A DNA stretch of 61,932 nt from positions 1-61,932 of IMG/VR virus record IMGVR_UViG_3300020578_003649; one strand, given 5' to 3'. This DNA is from a virus. Taxonomy: Duplodnaviria > Caudoviricetes. Below the pieces are notes generated by a model, which made no database searches, was not told where the DNA came from, and saw only the letters and a list, made by a program, of their open reading frames with translations. Both the position numbers and the translations under genes were made by a program. Positions 8,086-18,973 of the stretch are shown here, piece after piece; positions within the stretch are counted from its first letter, which is position 1; each line of letters opens with the position of its first letter.

Positions 8086-8097
8086 CAAATAAATATG

Positions 8098-8170
8098 AGC
8101 CTTCGATAGGATTCGAACCTGCGATCCTAGCTTATGAGACTAAGCGGATAACCAACTTCCACACTCAAGC
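8098..8170 (-). tRNA. tRNA-like gene, anticodon CAT (Met), mismatched or chimeric; possible pseudo-tRNA
   Basis: D arm TGGA/TCCG, anticodon loop CTCATAA, GGTTCGAATCC; two mismatches in acceptor stem and one in T stem. Confidence 0.6.
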
Positions 8171-8178
8171 GATATTTG

Positions 8179-8250
8179 TAGTCCCACGGAGAATCGAACT
8201 CCGCTTTTCAGGATGAAAACCTGATGTCCTGACCGATAGACGATGGGACC
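8179..8250 (-). tRNA. tRNA-Glu (TTC)
   Basis: Full cloverleaf GGTCCCA...TGGGACT-A, anticodon arm TCAGG-TTTTCAT-CCTGA, T loop GTTCGATTC; CCA not encoded. Confidence 0.9.
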
Positions 8251-8264
8251 GTATAAAATACATT

Positions 8265-8435
8265 TTAAAATCCAGCCATTGTTAAAAATGCACTATAAAG
8301 ACTTTCTTCTTCTTCTCGACATAAATCTGCTAACCGATCAACACATTCATCATGCGTACCCGTTAATAGAATTTCGCCTTGCCCATTTACAAGTTGAAAT
8401 ACATCTTTCTTTGAATCTATACAAACAATCTCCAT
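8265..8435 (-). CDS. 56-aa hypothetical protein (not in ORF track)
   Basis: MEIVCIDSKKDVFQLVNGQGEILLTGTHDECVDRLADLCREEEESLYSAFLTMAGF; class I promoter at ~8445-8477. Confidence 0.6.
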   Translation of the reverse strand: MEIVCIDSKKDVFQLVNGQGEILLTGTHDECVDRLADLCREEEESLYSAFLTMAGF

Positions 8436-8482
8436 AATCTTTTTTTATATATTATGAAATTATTACATTCATTCCAACCAGA

Positions 8483-8797
8483 TTAGATAAATTGTAATAA
8501 AAAATAACTTAGTTTATATCCAACATATGCTCCTAATGCTGATGGTATAGGAAATACAATCAATTTACCTAACTCAGTAACATACTTGGGACGATTCACA
8601 ATTCTACCCATAAATGCATAATATGCTAAATAACCAAGCAATACAGCTAAATCTGTACGAGTTGCAATAAATACTACTAGTATTGCACCAAGGAAACCAA
8701 ATGTAAAATTGTCTCTAACTCCTTCCCATATTTCTTTATTAGATGCATTCTTGTACTCAATGTATATACGTTTATACCTAGATGGGGTCTTTTTCAT
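8483..8797 (-). CDS. membrane protein
   Basis: About three TM segments. Confidence 0.7.
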   Translation of the reverse strand: MKKTPSRYKRIYIEYKNASNKEIWEGVRDNFTFGFLGAILVVFIATRTDLAVLLGYLAYYAFMGRIVNRPKYVTELGKLIVFPIPSALGAYVGYKLSYFLLQFI

Positions 8798-8821
8798 TTC
8801 GTATTTTTCTTAGTTTGTAAA

Positions 8822-9151
8822 TCACTCAATAATTTTTTCAACATAGGTACAAGTTTCTCCTGGATCAAAACCTTTTTCAATCAATAAAGGTAAACTTGCA
8901 GGTTTGCACCAAGCAAATACCAGCCACCCTGAGTATTTGGATTGTACATATTTCCATCGGGCTTCCCATAACATTCTGAATATACCTCTGCGGCGATATT
9001 CTTCATGCACCCAAGCATCTAGGAATTTAATTTTTTGATCTTTTTCTCGCTCCATATAAATATGACCCACAATTTCTCCATTAATCATGGCAATCCAGGT
9101 TTCTAACTCTTGAGCATTACTTTTTAAATGTACAATTTTTATATCTTCCAT
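8822..9151 (-). CDS. GNAT family N-acetyltransferase
   Basis: Motif A WVHEEYRRRGIF; C-terminal LIEKGF. Confidence 0.85.
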   Translation of the reverse strand: MEDIKIVHLKSNAQELETWIAMINGEIVGHIYMEREKDQKIKFLDAWVHEEYRRRGIFRMLWEARWKYVQSKYSGWLVFAWCKPASLPLLIEKGFDPGETCTYVEKIIE

Positions 9152-9152
9152 T

Positions 9153-9524
9153 TTAAACTTTTAACCATTTATTATCGTGATTGTATTTAAAACTTGCTAT
9201 GTAATCTTGTGTCCATCTATTTGACTCAATCAACGATAAAAATAATTCGCCGTTATCTCTACTATACAAGTGGTACGTTTCATTGATTATTGGCTCAAAA
9301 TTGAATTTTGACTTATATACTAAATCGTTCCACTTATACTCATCAATTAGTTTTTGATACTCCTGCTTCAGTTCTTCAAACTTAGATAGAAATTGCTTGT
9401 TAACATTTGCAACACGAGGTTGCTTCCAGTGATTAATATCCTGCACTGCTATAGCAGGAGCACCAACGTTGCTAGCATAAGGTAGCAGACCTGGACTATC
9501 AGCAACGTTGTCTGGTTTTTCCAT
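9153..9524 (-). CDS. DUF2452-like protein
   Basis: LLPYASNVGAPAI...VYKSKFNFEPIINETYHLY...FLSLI pattern. Confidence 0.7.
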   Translation of the reverse strand: MEKPDNVADSPGLLPYASNVGAPAIAVQDINHWKQPRVANVNKQFLSKFEELKQEYQKLIDEYKWNDLVYKSKFNFEPIINETYHLYSRDNGELFLSLIESNRWTQDYIASFKYNHDNKWLKV

Positions 9525-9526
9525 AA

Positions 9527-9565
9527 CTAATTTGATAAAACGGCTTTAATTGCTGGGTGTGATTG
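9527..9565 (-). repeat. diverged copy 3 of thyA 3' end
   Basis: Reads QSHPAIKAVLSN-stop in the thyA-equivalent frame. Confidence 0.85.
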
Positions 9566-10124
9566 CATATCTTACTATACAAGCTCTAAATCCTTCTGGT
9601 CTATACTCTTCAGGATTTGTTAATACTCTCTCTAATAAGTCACGAATCATCTGTTTATCATCTTCATATGTTCTTTCAGGAGCATCAATGTCTTGTGGAA
9701 AATCAGGTGACCAAGTAATTGTAATGCTTTGTTTTGGTTCAAAGGTTGCAGGGTCATATACTGTTGGCGCAAAAACACAACCATCTTTTACTGGGGCATG
9801 TAGTTCTATTGGGTCATACATAACTGGAGTGAATAATACCTTATAAACATATCCTACCTTACCTGGATGTTTGGGATCTTCTTCACCTGCTAATTTGACT
9901 GATTTAGCTACTATTGGTTCATTATTTTCAGATAGTCCTGAAGGCAATTCCATCCATACAATTCTATCAAAACCGAAGTGCTTAATAAGCTCAGCTTCTA
10001 CTTGTATTCTTTGCTCTTCTGTTAGATTATCAATACCGAAAGTATTATCTAAACTGTGGTTGTTTTCAAGTGGAGCATTTGGAGCACAAATACTCATTAG
10101 TTTTTTTGTTAATTCTGTTGTCAT
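9546..10124 (-). CDS. hypothetical protein (cassette 2 behind thyA)
   Basis: 192-aa ORF; ends inside the thyA-tail copy in a shifted frame (AITPSN). Confidence 0.75.
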   Translation of the reverse strand: MTTELTKKLMSICAPNAPLENNHSLDNTFGIDNLTEEQRIQVEAELIKHFGFDRIVWMELPSGLSENNEPIVAKSVKLAGEEDPKHPGKVGYVYKVLFTPVMYDPIELHAPVKDGCVFAPTVYDPATFEPKQSITITWSPDFPQDIDAPERTYEDDKQMIRDLLERVLTNPEEYRPEGFRACIVRYAITPSN

Positions 10125-10176
10125 AACTTATATTTTTTTAATTTGATAAAGGTGCTTTAATGGTTGGGTGTGATTG
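10122..10176 (-). repeat. diverged copy 2 of thyA 3' end plus downstream leader
   Basis: Reads QSHPTIKAPLSN-stop, then AAAAATATAAGTTATG identical to the sequence after thyA. Confidence 0.9.
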
Positions 10177-10330
10177 ATTTTTTAATCTGCTCTAATAAAA
10201 TATCCACCTGTTCATCCAGCATACTGATACCATGCATTTCTTTTATTGATTGGTATTCATTAAGACCAATTGTTGCGTTTGCTTCTTTTTCACCATCGGT
10301 GATTGTAATTTTGATTTGTAAATTTTCCAT
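10157..10330 (-). CDS. 57-aa hypothetical protein (cassette 1 behind thyA; not in ORF track)
   Basis: MENLQIKITITDGEKEANATIGLNEYQSIKEMHGISMLDEQVDILLEQIKKSITPNH. Confidence 0.7.
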   Translation of the reverse strand: MENLQIKITITDGEKEANATIGLNEYQSIKEMHGISMLDEQVDILLEQIKKSITPNH

Positions 10331-10343
10331 AACTTATATTTTT

Positions 10344-11441
10344 TTAATTTGATAAAGGGAATTTAATTGCTGGGTGAGATTCATATCCTTCAACATAAAA
10401 GTCTCTGGGTCTGATATCTTGTTGATCAAATACATTGGCATCTGGATTCCAGAATTCATTATTGATTATAAGTTTGCCTAATAACATCGGCGATCTTGTT
10501 AGCTGTTCTTTCACTCCATCAATTTGATCTAAGTAAATATGACAATCTCCTAAGTTACCTACTAATTCATCAGGAACCATATTAGTTTCCATTGCCAATA
10601 ACTCTAATAATAAAGCATATGATGCAATGTTGAAAGGTAAACCTAATGGAGTATCTACTGAGCGTTGATTCCACATTAGAGAGATTGCTCGTTTAGGTAT
10701 TCCAGCTTCATCACAAACTTTATGCATTTCAGTATCAGCATCAATTGTTTCGTAATTACCTTCTTTAATAGATTCATATAGTCTAGTGCTTCCATTAGAT
10801 CCTAAAGCAGTTCTTTCTTTAGCACTCAACTCTCTTGTATAAACTTGAAATCCATAATGACAAGGTGGAAGTGTCATATGATGTAACTCTCCTACATTCC
10901 AAGCTGATACCATTAACCGTCTAGAGTTTGGGTTTGTTTTGAGTGATTGAATAAGAATTTTGATTTGGTCAATTGGGCCAAAGTATCCATTAACTTCAGG
11001 GAAACTCCAAGCTCTCCACTGCTTACCATAAATTGGTCCTAATTCACCAAATTTATTAGCAAACTCATTATCGGTTTTGATTTTGTTAATGAACCATTCT
11101 TTTATATTTACCATCTGACCAGCATCGCTAATCATTTGTTCATCTGCGTTTGGGTTATTTTTTATGTAGTTAGCAAAACAATCACCATCCCATACATGAC
11201 AATTATTATCAACGAGATACTTGATATTAGTATCACCTCGCAAGAACCACAATAACTCAGTTACAATGCTTTTCCAAGCCATTTTCTTTGTTGTGAGTAG
11301 TGGAAAACCTAAACTCATATCATGACGAATCTGTCTTCCAAACACTGACCTAGTACCAGTACCTGTTCTGTCTGCCTTCTCTACTCCATTGTCTAGAATG
11401 TCTTTGAGTAGCTTGAGGTAATCATGTTCTATGTTTTTCAT
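10344..11441 (-). CDS. thyA: thymidylate synthase
   Basis: DRTGTGT, FPLLTTKK, ELLWFL, LPPCH, QRSVD..LGLPFNIASY, GDCHIY; start moved to MKNIEHDY. Confidence 0.97.
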   Translation of the reverse strand: MKNIEHDYLKLLKDILDNGVEKADRTGTGTRSVFGRQIRHDMSLGFPLLTTKKMAWKSIVTELLWFLRGDTNIKYLVDNNCHVWDGDCFANYIKNNPNADEQMISDAGQMVNIKEWFINKIKTDNEFANKFGELGPIYGKQWRAWSFPEVNGYFGPIDQIKILIQSLKTNPNSRRLMVSAWNVGELHHMTLPPCHYGFQVYTRELSAKERTALGSNGSTRLYESIKEGNYETIDADTEMHKVCDEAGIPKRAISLMWNQRSVDTPLGLPFNIASYALLLELLAMETNMVPDELVGNLGDCHIYLDQIDGVKEQLTRSPMLLGKLIINNEFWNPDANVFDQQDIRPRDFYVEGYESHPAIKFPLSN

Positions 11442-11608
11442 ATTTTTTTGTAAAATGATATGCCAAAGTCCCACATTAAAAAGCTAATGCTGATTACTAA
11501 GAATTTAGTTGTTTCGAATTTATTACTCGTTATGAATACGGTAGGAATCAATGCCAGTTGTTTGAAACGACCGCCCCATACGGTATGTAAATAAAATTTA
11601 ATCTTCAT
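11438..11608 (-). CDS. 56-aa hypothetical protein (not in ORF track)
   Basis: MKIKFYLHTVWGGRFKQLALIPTVFITSNKFETTKFLVISISFLMWDFGISFYKKI; ATGA overlap with thyA. Confidence 0.55.
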   Translation of the reverse strand: MKIKFYLHTVWGGRFKQLALIPTVFITSNKFETTKFLVISISFLMWDFGISFYKKI

Positions 11609-11667
11609 CGTGAATCATGTATTTATATAAATGATATCCTAACCAAATTAGGCTTATAATCCAACCG

Positions 11668-11888
11668 CTAATCAATACTATCGATGTCCATTTCATATTC
11701 AGCATCCTGTATAGTTTCACAAAACATAAAGTGAGTATCTGATCTTAATACATGATCACATTCTCGCCATTGCATATACAATTGTACATGTTCCATATTA
11801 GGTTCTTCATCTAATCGTTTAGCAAAATGATTGATTGGTTTTTGATCTTTGATAATGTATGCATTATCTCCGTGACAATATATCGATC

Positions 11889-11901
<13 letters not shown>
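11668..11901 (-). CDS. hypothetical protein
   Basis: ORF track. Confidence 0.7.
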
Positions 11902-13729
<1,828 letters not shown>

Positions 13730-13757
13730 TTATAACTTTTATTTATAATATATATAA

Positions 13758-15851
13758 CTATTGAGCAATCTCCAAGAATTTTGTATTCAATGTTCTGGAT
13801 ACTTGCAACATATTTTTTGGATCAATAAACTCCGAATCCATACCGTACATCTTTTGGAACATTTCACGATCTGATTCATGGTAGTGACTATTCGAATCAT
13901 ATGTGATGAAATAGCTTATGATATTGATATTATTTTCACGGAAGTTATTGATAACTCGACGCGTGAAGTTAACACCATTATAATATTGAGCACAACCATA
14001 TACATTGGTTGGAGCACCATCTGAATAATTCACAAAGATACACTCATCGCCTTTTGCATCAGCCTTGATATACTTCTCGATACTCTTGAAAGACAATCCT
14101 TCTGGAGTACAACCAAAGCAATCCAAGTAACGGAACATGTTGCGAATCTTACTCATCTTGTCTTTTGCAGAGTCATATGCATACACAGTAACACAACGCT
14201 CTTTACCACTTTGTGAGTCAGTGCCTCGTAGTGAAATTTGCACTCGGATACCTGTCGTCATGGAAGCTGCTTGTGCAACTGCTACTGCTGACGTGATTGA
14301 GTTGTAAAACTTCAAACCATCCATTGAGCCTGATGCATCAATTGAAATGTGAATGAAATAATTCTTGAAACGATCTGTTACAATGCGATGGAATACATTT
14401 GCATTGTCATAGCCAAGCTGTGAAATCAATCTGCGATCAATCTTACCTGATTCAAGTCGAGTGCTTTTCAAACTGCGATCTGCATTACGAAGCTGCAGCT
14501 TCTTGCCAAGTTGCTTGCCTAATACCAAACCACGATCAACTGCTTCTTGATTCTTACGAATGTCTCTTGAATAATATGAGTCACGATTAATGTCATCATT
14601 AAAGTCTAGGGTACCATTTATGTATTCTGCAGCATAGTTTGCAAATAGTCTCGGCATTGCTGTAATGATAGCAGGAGTCAATTTGCGAATAACAATTGCA
14701 TCAATGATATCTGCATTGCCAGCACCAGTAGCTACTTGTACCGTCTCGGTGCCTGATTCTTGGATTGCTTTTACAATGCTGGCTTGCGCATTAGTCAACC
14801 GACCTGTCTTTTTCAAAATGCCTTTAACAAACTTGCGTTGTGCCTCAATAGCTTTGTCAAGTTTCTTTTGCTCGGATGGAGATAATGTCGAAGCATTTTT
14901 GGAATTGATATCTCCTTCATCACCATCACCTTCAGAATCTTCATCATCTTCTGAATCTTCATCATCATTGCCACTGCCTTTGTTGGTACCTTCGTAATTA
15001 TTGTCACTTTGTGAACCATCACCATTATCTGAATCATCCTGTTGTGCTTGCTCAGGTGTTGCTGCAACTGCCGCTTTGATCTGCTTATAAATCTCAATTG
15101 CAACTCGAAGAGCATCCTCGGTAGTTTTAAGTCGATTGATATTGCGAAGATCAATAGTATTCCAAATAGCTTTCAAAGCACCGAGTGCATTCAAATCGCG
15201 ATTAGGATTAGTGAAGTTAATGATGTGAAAGAAATAATCATCCCAAGTCTCCTGTGTCTTTTCACCATTACGAAGAGCTTTATCAATAATCTTATCATTG
15301 AAATAAGCATCATACATTGCTTCATAATACATGCGGTAACCTGGAGCTGTCTTGTAAATGTGAAAGTCGATGCGCCGGTCTTCAATCCAATTGAGTAGAT
15401 CCTTGACCACTGCATAATCGCGTTCAGTCATTGTCATATCCGGATCAATACCTGAATATTGACAAATCTGAGCCATCTTAGTATTACCTAAATAGCTTGT
15501 ATAACCGCCTGTTACGGATTTGAATAGCGAAAAGTCTGTGAGTGCAATATGCGAGCCTTCATGTAATGCCAATCCAACTGCAGGGTCAAAATTCTTGCCA
15601 TCTAATTTAGTGCCAATAACAACCTTTTCGCCGTCGGTGTAACTATTATCACTACTTTGGAATACTACTGGAATTGCACGACCGGTAACAATATTTACAA
15701 AGTTACCAATTGCACGTTGCGTTGCAGCTAACTTGGTATAGTCAATACCTGTTTCTGATTTGAAAGTGGTATCAAAATCATCATTGAGCCAAAAGCTTGA
15801 TGCTTGAGTGTCTTTATACTTGCCGCCTAATATTTTATCGATAATACTCAT
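13758..15851 (-). CDS. VWA-domain protein with N-terminal HExxH domain (CobT-like partner of MoxR ATPase)
   Basis: ALHEGSH, IEDRRI, acidic linker, GKIDRRLI, MIDAS DASGSM. Confidence 0.85.
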   Translation of the reverse strand: MSIIDKILGGKYKDTQASSFWLNDDFDTTFKSETGIDYTKLAATQRAIGNFVNIVTGRAIPVVFQSSDNSYTDGEKVVIGTKLDGKNFDPAVGLALHEGSHIALTDFSLFKSVTGGYTSYLGNTKMAQICQYSGIDPDMTMTERDYAVVKDLLNWIEDRRIDFHIYKTAPGYRMYYEAMYDAYFNDKIIDKALRNGEKTQETWDDYFFHIINFTNPNRDLNALGALKAIWNTIDLRNINRLKTTEDALRVAIEIYKQIKAAVAATPEQAQQDDSDNGDGSQSDNNYEGTNKGSGNDDEDSEDDEDSEGDGDEGDINSKNASTLSPSEQKKLDKAIEAQRKFVKGILKKTGRLTNAQASIVKAIQESGTETVQVATGAGNADIIDAIVIRKLTPAIITAMPRLFANYAAEYINGTLDFNDDINRDSYYSRDIRKNQEAVDRGLVLGKQLGKKLQLRNADRSLKSTRLESGKIDRRLISQLGYDNANVFHRIVTDRFKNYFIHISIDASGSMDGLKFYNSITSAVAVAQAASMTTGIRVQISLRGTDSQSGKERCVTVYAYDSAKDKMSKIRNMFRYLDCFGCTPEGLSFKSIEKYIKADAKGDECIFVNYSDGAPTNVYGCAQYYNGVNFTRRVINNFRENNINIISYFITYDSNSHYHESDREMFQKMYGMDSEFIDPKNMLQVSRTLNTKFLEIAQ

Positions 15852-15906
15852 AACTCTTATTTTCTATATTATAAGAAATTAAATTCAAGTATCCAACCTG
15901 TACAGT

Positions 15907-15936
15907 AAAAAAGGGCGACATTTCTGCCACCCTCTT
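15907..15936 (-). terminator. intrinsic terminator
   Basis: AGGGTGGCA-GAAA-TGTCGCCCT + T6. Confidence 0.8.
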
Positions 15937-15952
15937 TTGAGCTATGAAAAAT

Positions 15953-17110
15953 TTAAAGAGAATTAGATTCCTCAGTCTCTACATCCGCTGCATTGAAGAT
16001 GTCATTCATCTCCGTAGCCATATGTTTCTGGATAATTTGTTTAACGAAAACACGTTCTGAATCCGTTCCGCCCGATGCATCAAAGAAAGGAAGGATTGCT
16101 ACCTCTGCTGCTTCTGTAAGCGAAAACCCATCTGCTAACAATTCACACAATCTAACTGTCATACGAGTTGATACCATTGTGGTAAGTTTACCATCTTCCG
16201 ATCTCCATTCTTTGCGTGTTGCATCTGCAATATCAGCAACTGCGTGGATAAGAGCTGACGATACATTATCTTTAAAGCGACGAGACAATAAATCTTCTTC
16301 TTGAGAAAGAGTCAAGATATCAACCTCAATGATTTCAAAACGATCCATTAATGCTCGGTCCAATACTCGGGTCGATGTATACTCCGTACCAATGTTTGCT
16401 GTAGCAATAAAGGATACTCCTTGTGCAACGTGAATAGTCGGTGCATTGATATCTTCATCAAGTCGAAGGTAACGCTGACCTTCATCTAATACTGTCATTA
16501 AGATATTCCATGCTTCTGGATGCGCACGAGATAACTCATCTAAAAGCACGACTGCATTCTCGGTTTGAATTGCTTTTACAAATGCAGACTCATCAAATGT
16601 TGTCTGTCCATCTTTAAAGTGAGTGTTACCAATAAGCGTCGCTCTAGGATCTTGAGTTGCACCCAAGTTAAAATAAAAGAAAGGACGATTAGTTGCCTTA
16701 GGAAGATCCTTTGCTGCTTGTGTCTTACCACAACCTGCAGGCCCAACCATCATGATATTTTTTCCGCGAACTGCTGAACGAACTAAATATTTCCATTTAA
16801 CATCAGACATTTCTAATGTTGCAGGTTTGATCTTATGAGCATTCTGAATAAGTTGCATTACTGGATCAAGTTCTTTTTTCACTGACGACTCTGGTTGGGG
16901 TTTAGGTAAATCTTCTAATTCTAGGCCTTGTTTATTCATACGCTTCGCGCGACCCGATTCTTCATCAAATAAAAGAATTTCGTCATTATTGAATGCGTGC
17001 TGAATCATGATAGGACGGAACAACGCCGTTATATCTTTATCAGTACCAAATTCGATGATTACTTGTTTGCCGTTGACAATGGTTGGCACTCCAATTTTCT
17101 TGTTTTTCAT
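15953..17110 (-). CDS. MoxR/CbbQ/CobS-like AAA+ ATPase
   Basis: Walker A GPAGCGKT, Walker B LLDELSRA, ATAN, LDRALMDRF. Confidence 0.92.
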   Translation of the reverse strand: MKNKKIGVPTIVNGKQVIIEFGTDKDITALFRPIMIQHAFNNDEILLFDEESGRAKRMNKQGLELEDLPKPQPESSVKKELDPVMQLIQNAHKIKPATLEMSDVKWKYLVRSAVRGKNIMMVGPAGCGKTQAAKDLPKATNRPFFYFNLGATQDPRATLIGNTHFKDGQTTFDESAFVKAIQTENAVVLLDELSRAHPEAWNILMTVLDEGQRYLRLDEDINAPTIHVAQGVSFIATANIGTEYTSTRVLDRALMDRFEIIEVDILTLSQEEDLLSRRFKDNVSSALIHAVADIADATRKEWRSEDGKLTTMVSTRMTVRLCELLADGFSLTEAAEVAILPFFDASGGTDSERVFVKQIIQKHMATEMNDIFNAADVETEESNSL

Positions 17111-17144
17111 AACTCTTTATTTTCTATATTATATGAAATAAGAG

Positions 17145-17270
17145 TTAAGAATCCAATCTTTCGTCAACTTTTTTATGTTTCTTTTTGCGTGTATATGATT
17201 TTTTGTTCTTATGCACCACAGGCCGCGTTGCCTGCCAAATTTCCTGCATAGTTACTTCAATCTTTTCCAT
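17145..17270 (-). CDS. 41-aa ArfA-like basic peptide (not in ORF track)
   Basis: MEKIEVTMQEIWQATRPVVHKNKKSYTRKKKHKKVDERLDS; own class I promoter at ~17276-17305. Confidence 0.6.
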   Translation of the reverse strand: MEKIEVTMQEIWQATRPVVHKNKKSYTRKKKHKKVDERLDS

Positions 17271-17306
17271 GATGTTATTATAGGAAAAAGGATACAAAGA
17301 TCCAAA

Positions 17307-18224
17307 TTACCACTTACGGCAAGACCAATATCTTGCAGATGTTCTGTCTTTGGCAGTATGACAACGGTGTCTTGCTCTAAACGAACGTCTACGTGCTGGA
17401 TCGCTCTTACGTATTCTCATATTAGGGTCGCCGAAGTTAACCTTTACAACGTTGCCTTTAGCATTTTTAACGTAGACTTTGAATTTCTTAACATCGCCGC
17501 GCATTGGTTTACCTAATTGTACTTTGCGTCCTTGATATTCTGCTTCTGTAATTACATCAAATTTACCTGCTTTGATGTCTTCCATCATTGCAATTGCACA
17601 TTCTGTACAGATTGACATTTCTTCCATATTTTCCTTTTTCATTCTTCCGCGTTTCATGTTAAGATTCCATTGAGCCATTTTTTGTCGTTCGCCTGTGGAA
17701 TTTTTTGCAATTTTTTCTAATTGCGAAATTGACATTTCTTGACTCACTCCAACTCGTTTAGATATTCCTTTACGCCCCGGATTCTTACCATCAGCAAAAT
17801 TTTCTTCTATTTCTTCATTCTTAGATTTTTTACCCCAATTCTTTGCACCTTTTTTTCTACAAGCTGAAAGTGCTAATGAACCATATGCCGACGGCCATGT
17901 ACCGCCATCGCGAGTATAACGAGCTTTTACTTTGCGATAACAAGCATCTCGTTTTGCTTTTTTCTCTTCATCAATAACAGTTTCAGCTTTTGGAGTACGT
18001 TTACCCATTCCAACTCTACGTTTTTGAGCAACTAATGCATCTTTTTCTTTTTTATCAAATGAGCTCCAAGTTTTCGGAGTGTCTGAAGAAACTTTTTTGC
18101 TAGGTCGACATTTCTTTACACCTTTAGTTTTGTCATTGCCGCAAGGTCTACCATGTTGGTCTACCCATTTTTCTTTAACCCAACGACGTAAATCTTCATT
18201 CATCAAATTTTGAAGTTTAATCAT
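17307..18224 (-). CDS. basic multi-module protein, probably virion-internal
   Basis: Start MIKLQNLMNE; modules RRWVKEKWVD..PCG..CRP, DACYRKVK..WPSAY, KKFKVYVK..VNFGD..SFRARHRC..YWSC. Confidence 0.75.
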   Translation of the reverse strand: MIKLQNLMNEDLRRWVKEKWVDQHGRPCGNDKTKGVKKCRPSKKVSSDTPKTWSSFDKKEKDALVAQKRRVGMGKRTPKAETVIDEEKKAKRDACYRKVKARYTRDGGTWPSAYGSLALSACRKKGAKNWGKKSKNEEIEENFADGKNPGRKGISKRVGVSQEMSISQLEKIAKNSTGERQKMAQWNLNMKRGRMKKENMEEMSICTECAIAMMEDIKAGKFDVITEAEYQGRKVQLGKPMRGDVKKFKVYVKNAKGNVVKVNFGDPNMRIRKSDPARRRSFRARHRCHTAKDRTSARYWSCRKW

Positions 18225-18973
18225 TGTACCTCCTGTCGAATTCCTAATTGTGGAATACGTTTTTTCCATACTGATAAAATTTTTGTTTTATCTTCCGGAG
18301 TTATTGATTTGTTATTCACCCATATATCTAAATAATCGTTAACAACTTTAGAAAATGGAGTTCTTGTTTTTTTAGCTCGTAAATATAAACCTTGAATCAT
18401 TGCATCTATTTCTTTAGGCAATGTAAAATATCGAGCTGGGGGCAATGCGCCTGCTTCTATTTTAGATCGAACAGCTTGGTCTGATGGAATAAATTTACTA
18501 TCAATTGTATTCCACCCCGATTGTGTTATATGTTCAATTTCATGACGAAGCGTGTCTCGCAAATCCATTGCGACTTCTGATAATAACTTAGGATATTCTG
18601 CAGGATCCATTTTGAAACGAATTTCAATAAGCGGCAATTCATCAGAGTGTCGTTTTGTATTATTATACGCATCACCTCCTACATGTAAGTCATTGTAACC
18701 TTCAATCCATTGAATTTTTAATTCTAAATAAAATTCAACCGGGATATCTGTATTTTCTACTTCTTCAAAATATATGTTATCAAATGCAGCCGGATCTTCT
18801 ATATTGGGTACTGGTTCGCCTTGTTTAAAATAAATTTTTTCGCCGCCGAAGAAACCTTCCGGATCATCTTTTGATGCAAAACTATCTTTAATTACATGTA
18901 GCAAAGTTTTTGATAGTTTAGTAACTAATCCATCATAACGGCCTTCTGCAATTAATTTTTTTAATGATATCAT
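18221..18973 (-). CDS. HExxH zincin-like protein, probably virion-internal
   Basis: LRHEIEH plus downstream EIDA; N-terminus MISLKKLIAE. Confidence 0.7.
   Translation of the reverse strand: MISLKKLIAEGRYDGLVTKLSKTLLHVIKDSFASKDDPEGFFGGEKIYFKQGEPVPNIEDPAAFDNIYFEEVENTDIPVEFYLELKIQWIEGYNDLHVGGDAYNNTKRHSDELPLIEIRFKMDPAEYPKLLSEVAMDLRDTLRHEIEHITQSGWNTIDSKFIPSDQAVRSKIEAGALPPARYFTLPKEIDAMIQGLYLRAKKTRTPFSKVVNDYLDIWVNNKSITPEDKTKILSVWKKRIPQLGIRQEVQ

Noticed and set aside
10344-11441. Intron or intein in the long thyA
   Set aside because: Frame is continuous; the extra segments are short and lack intein C/HN ends or endonuclease motifs
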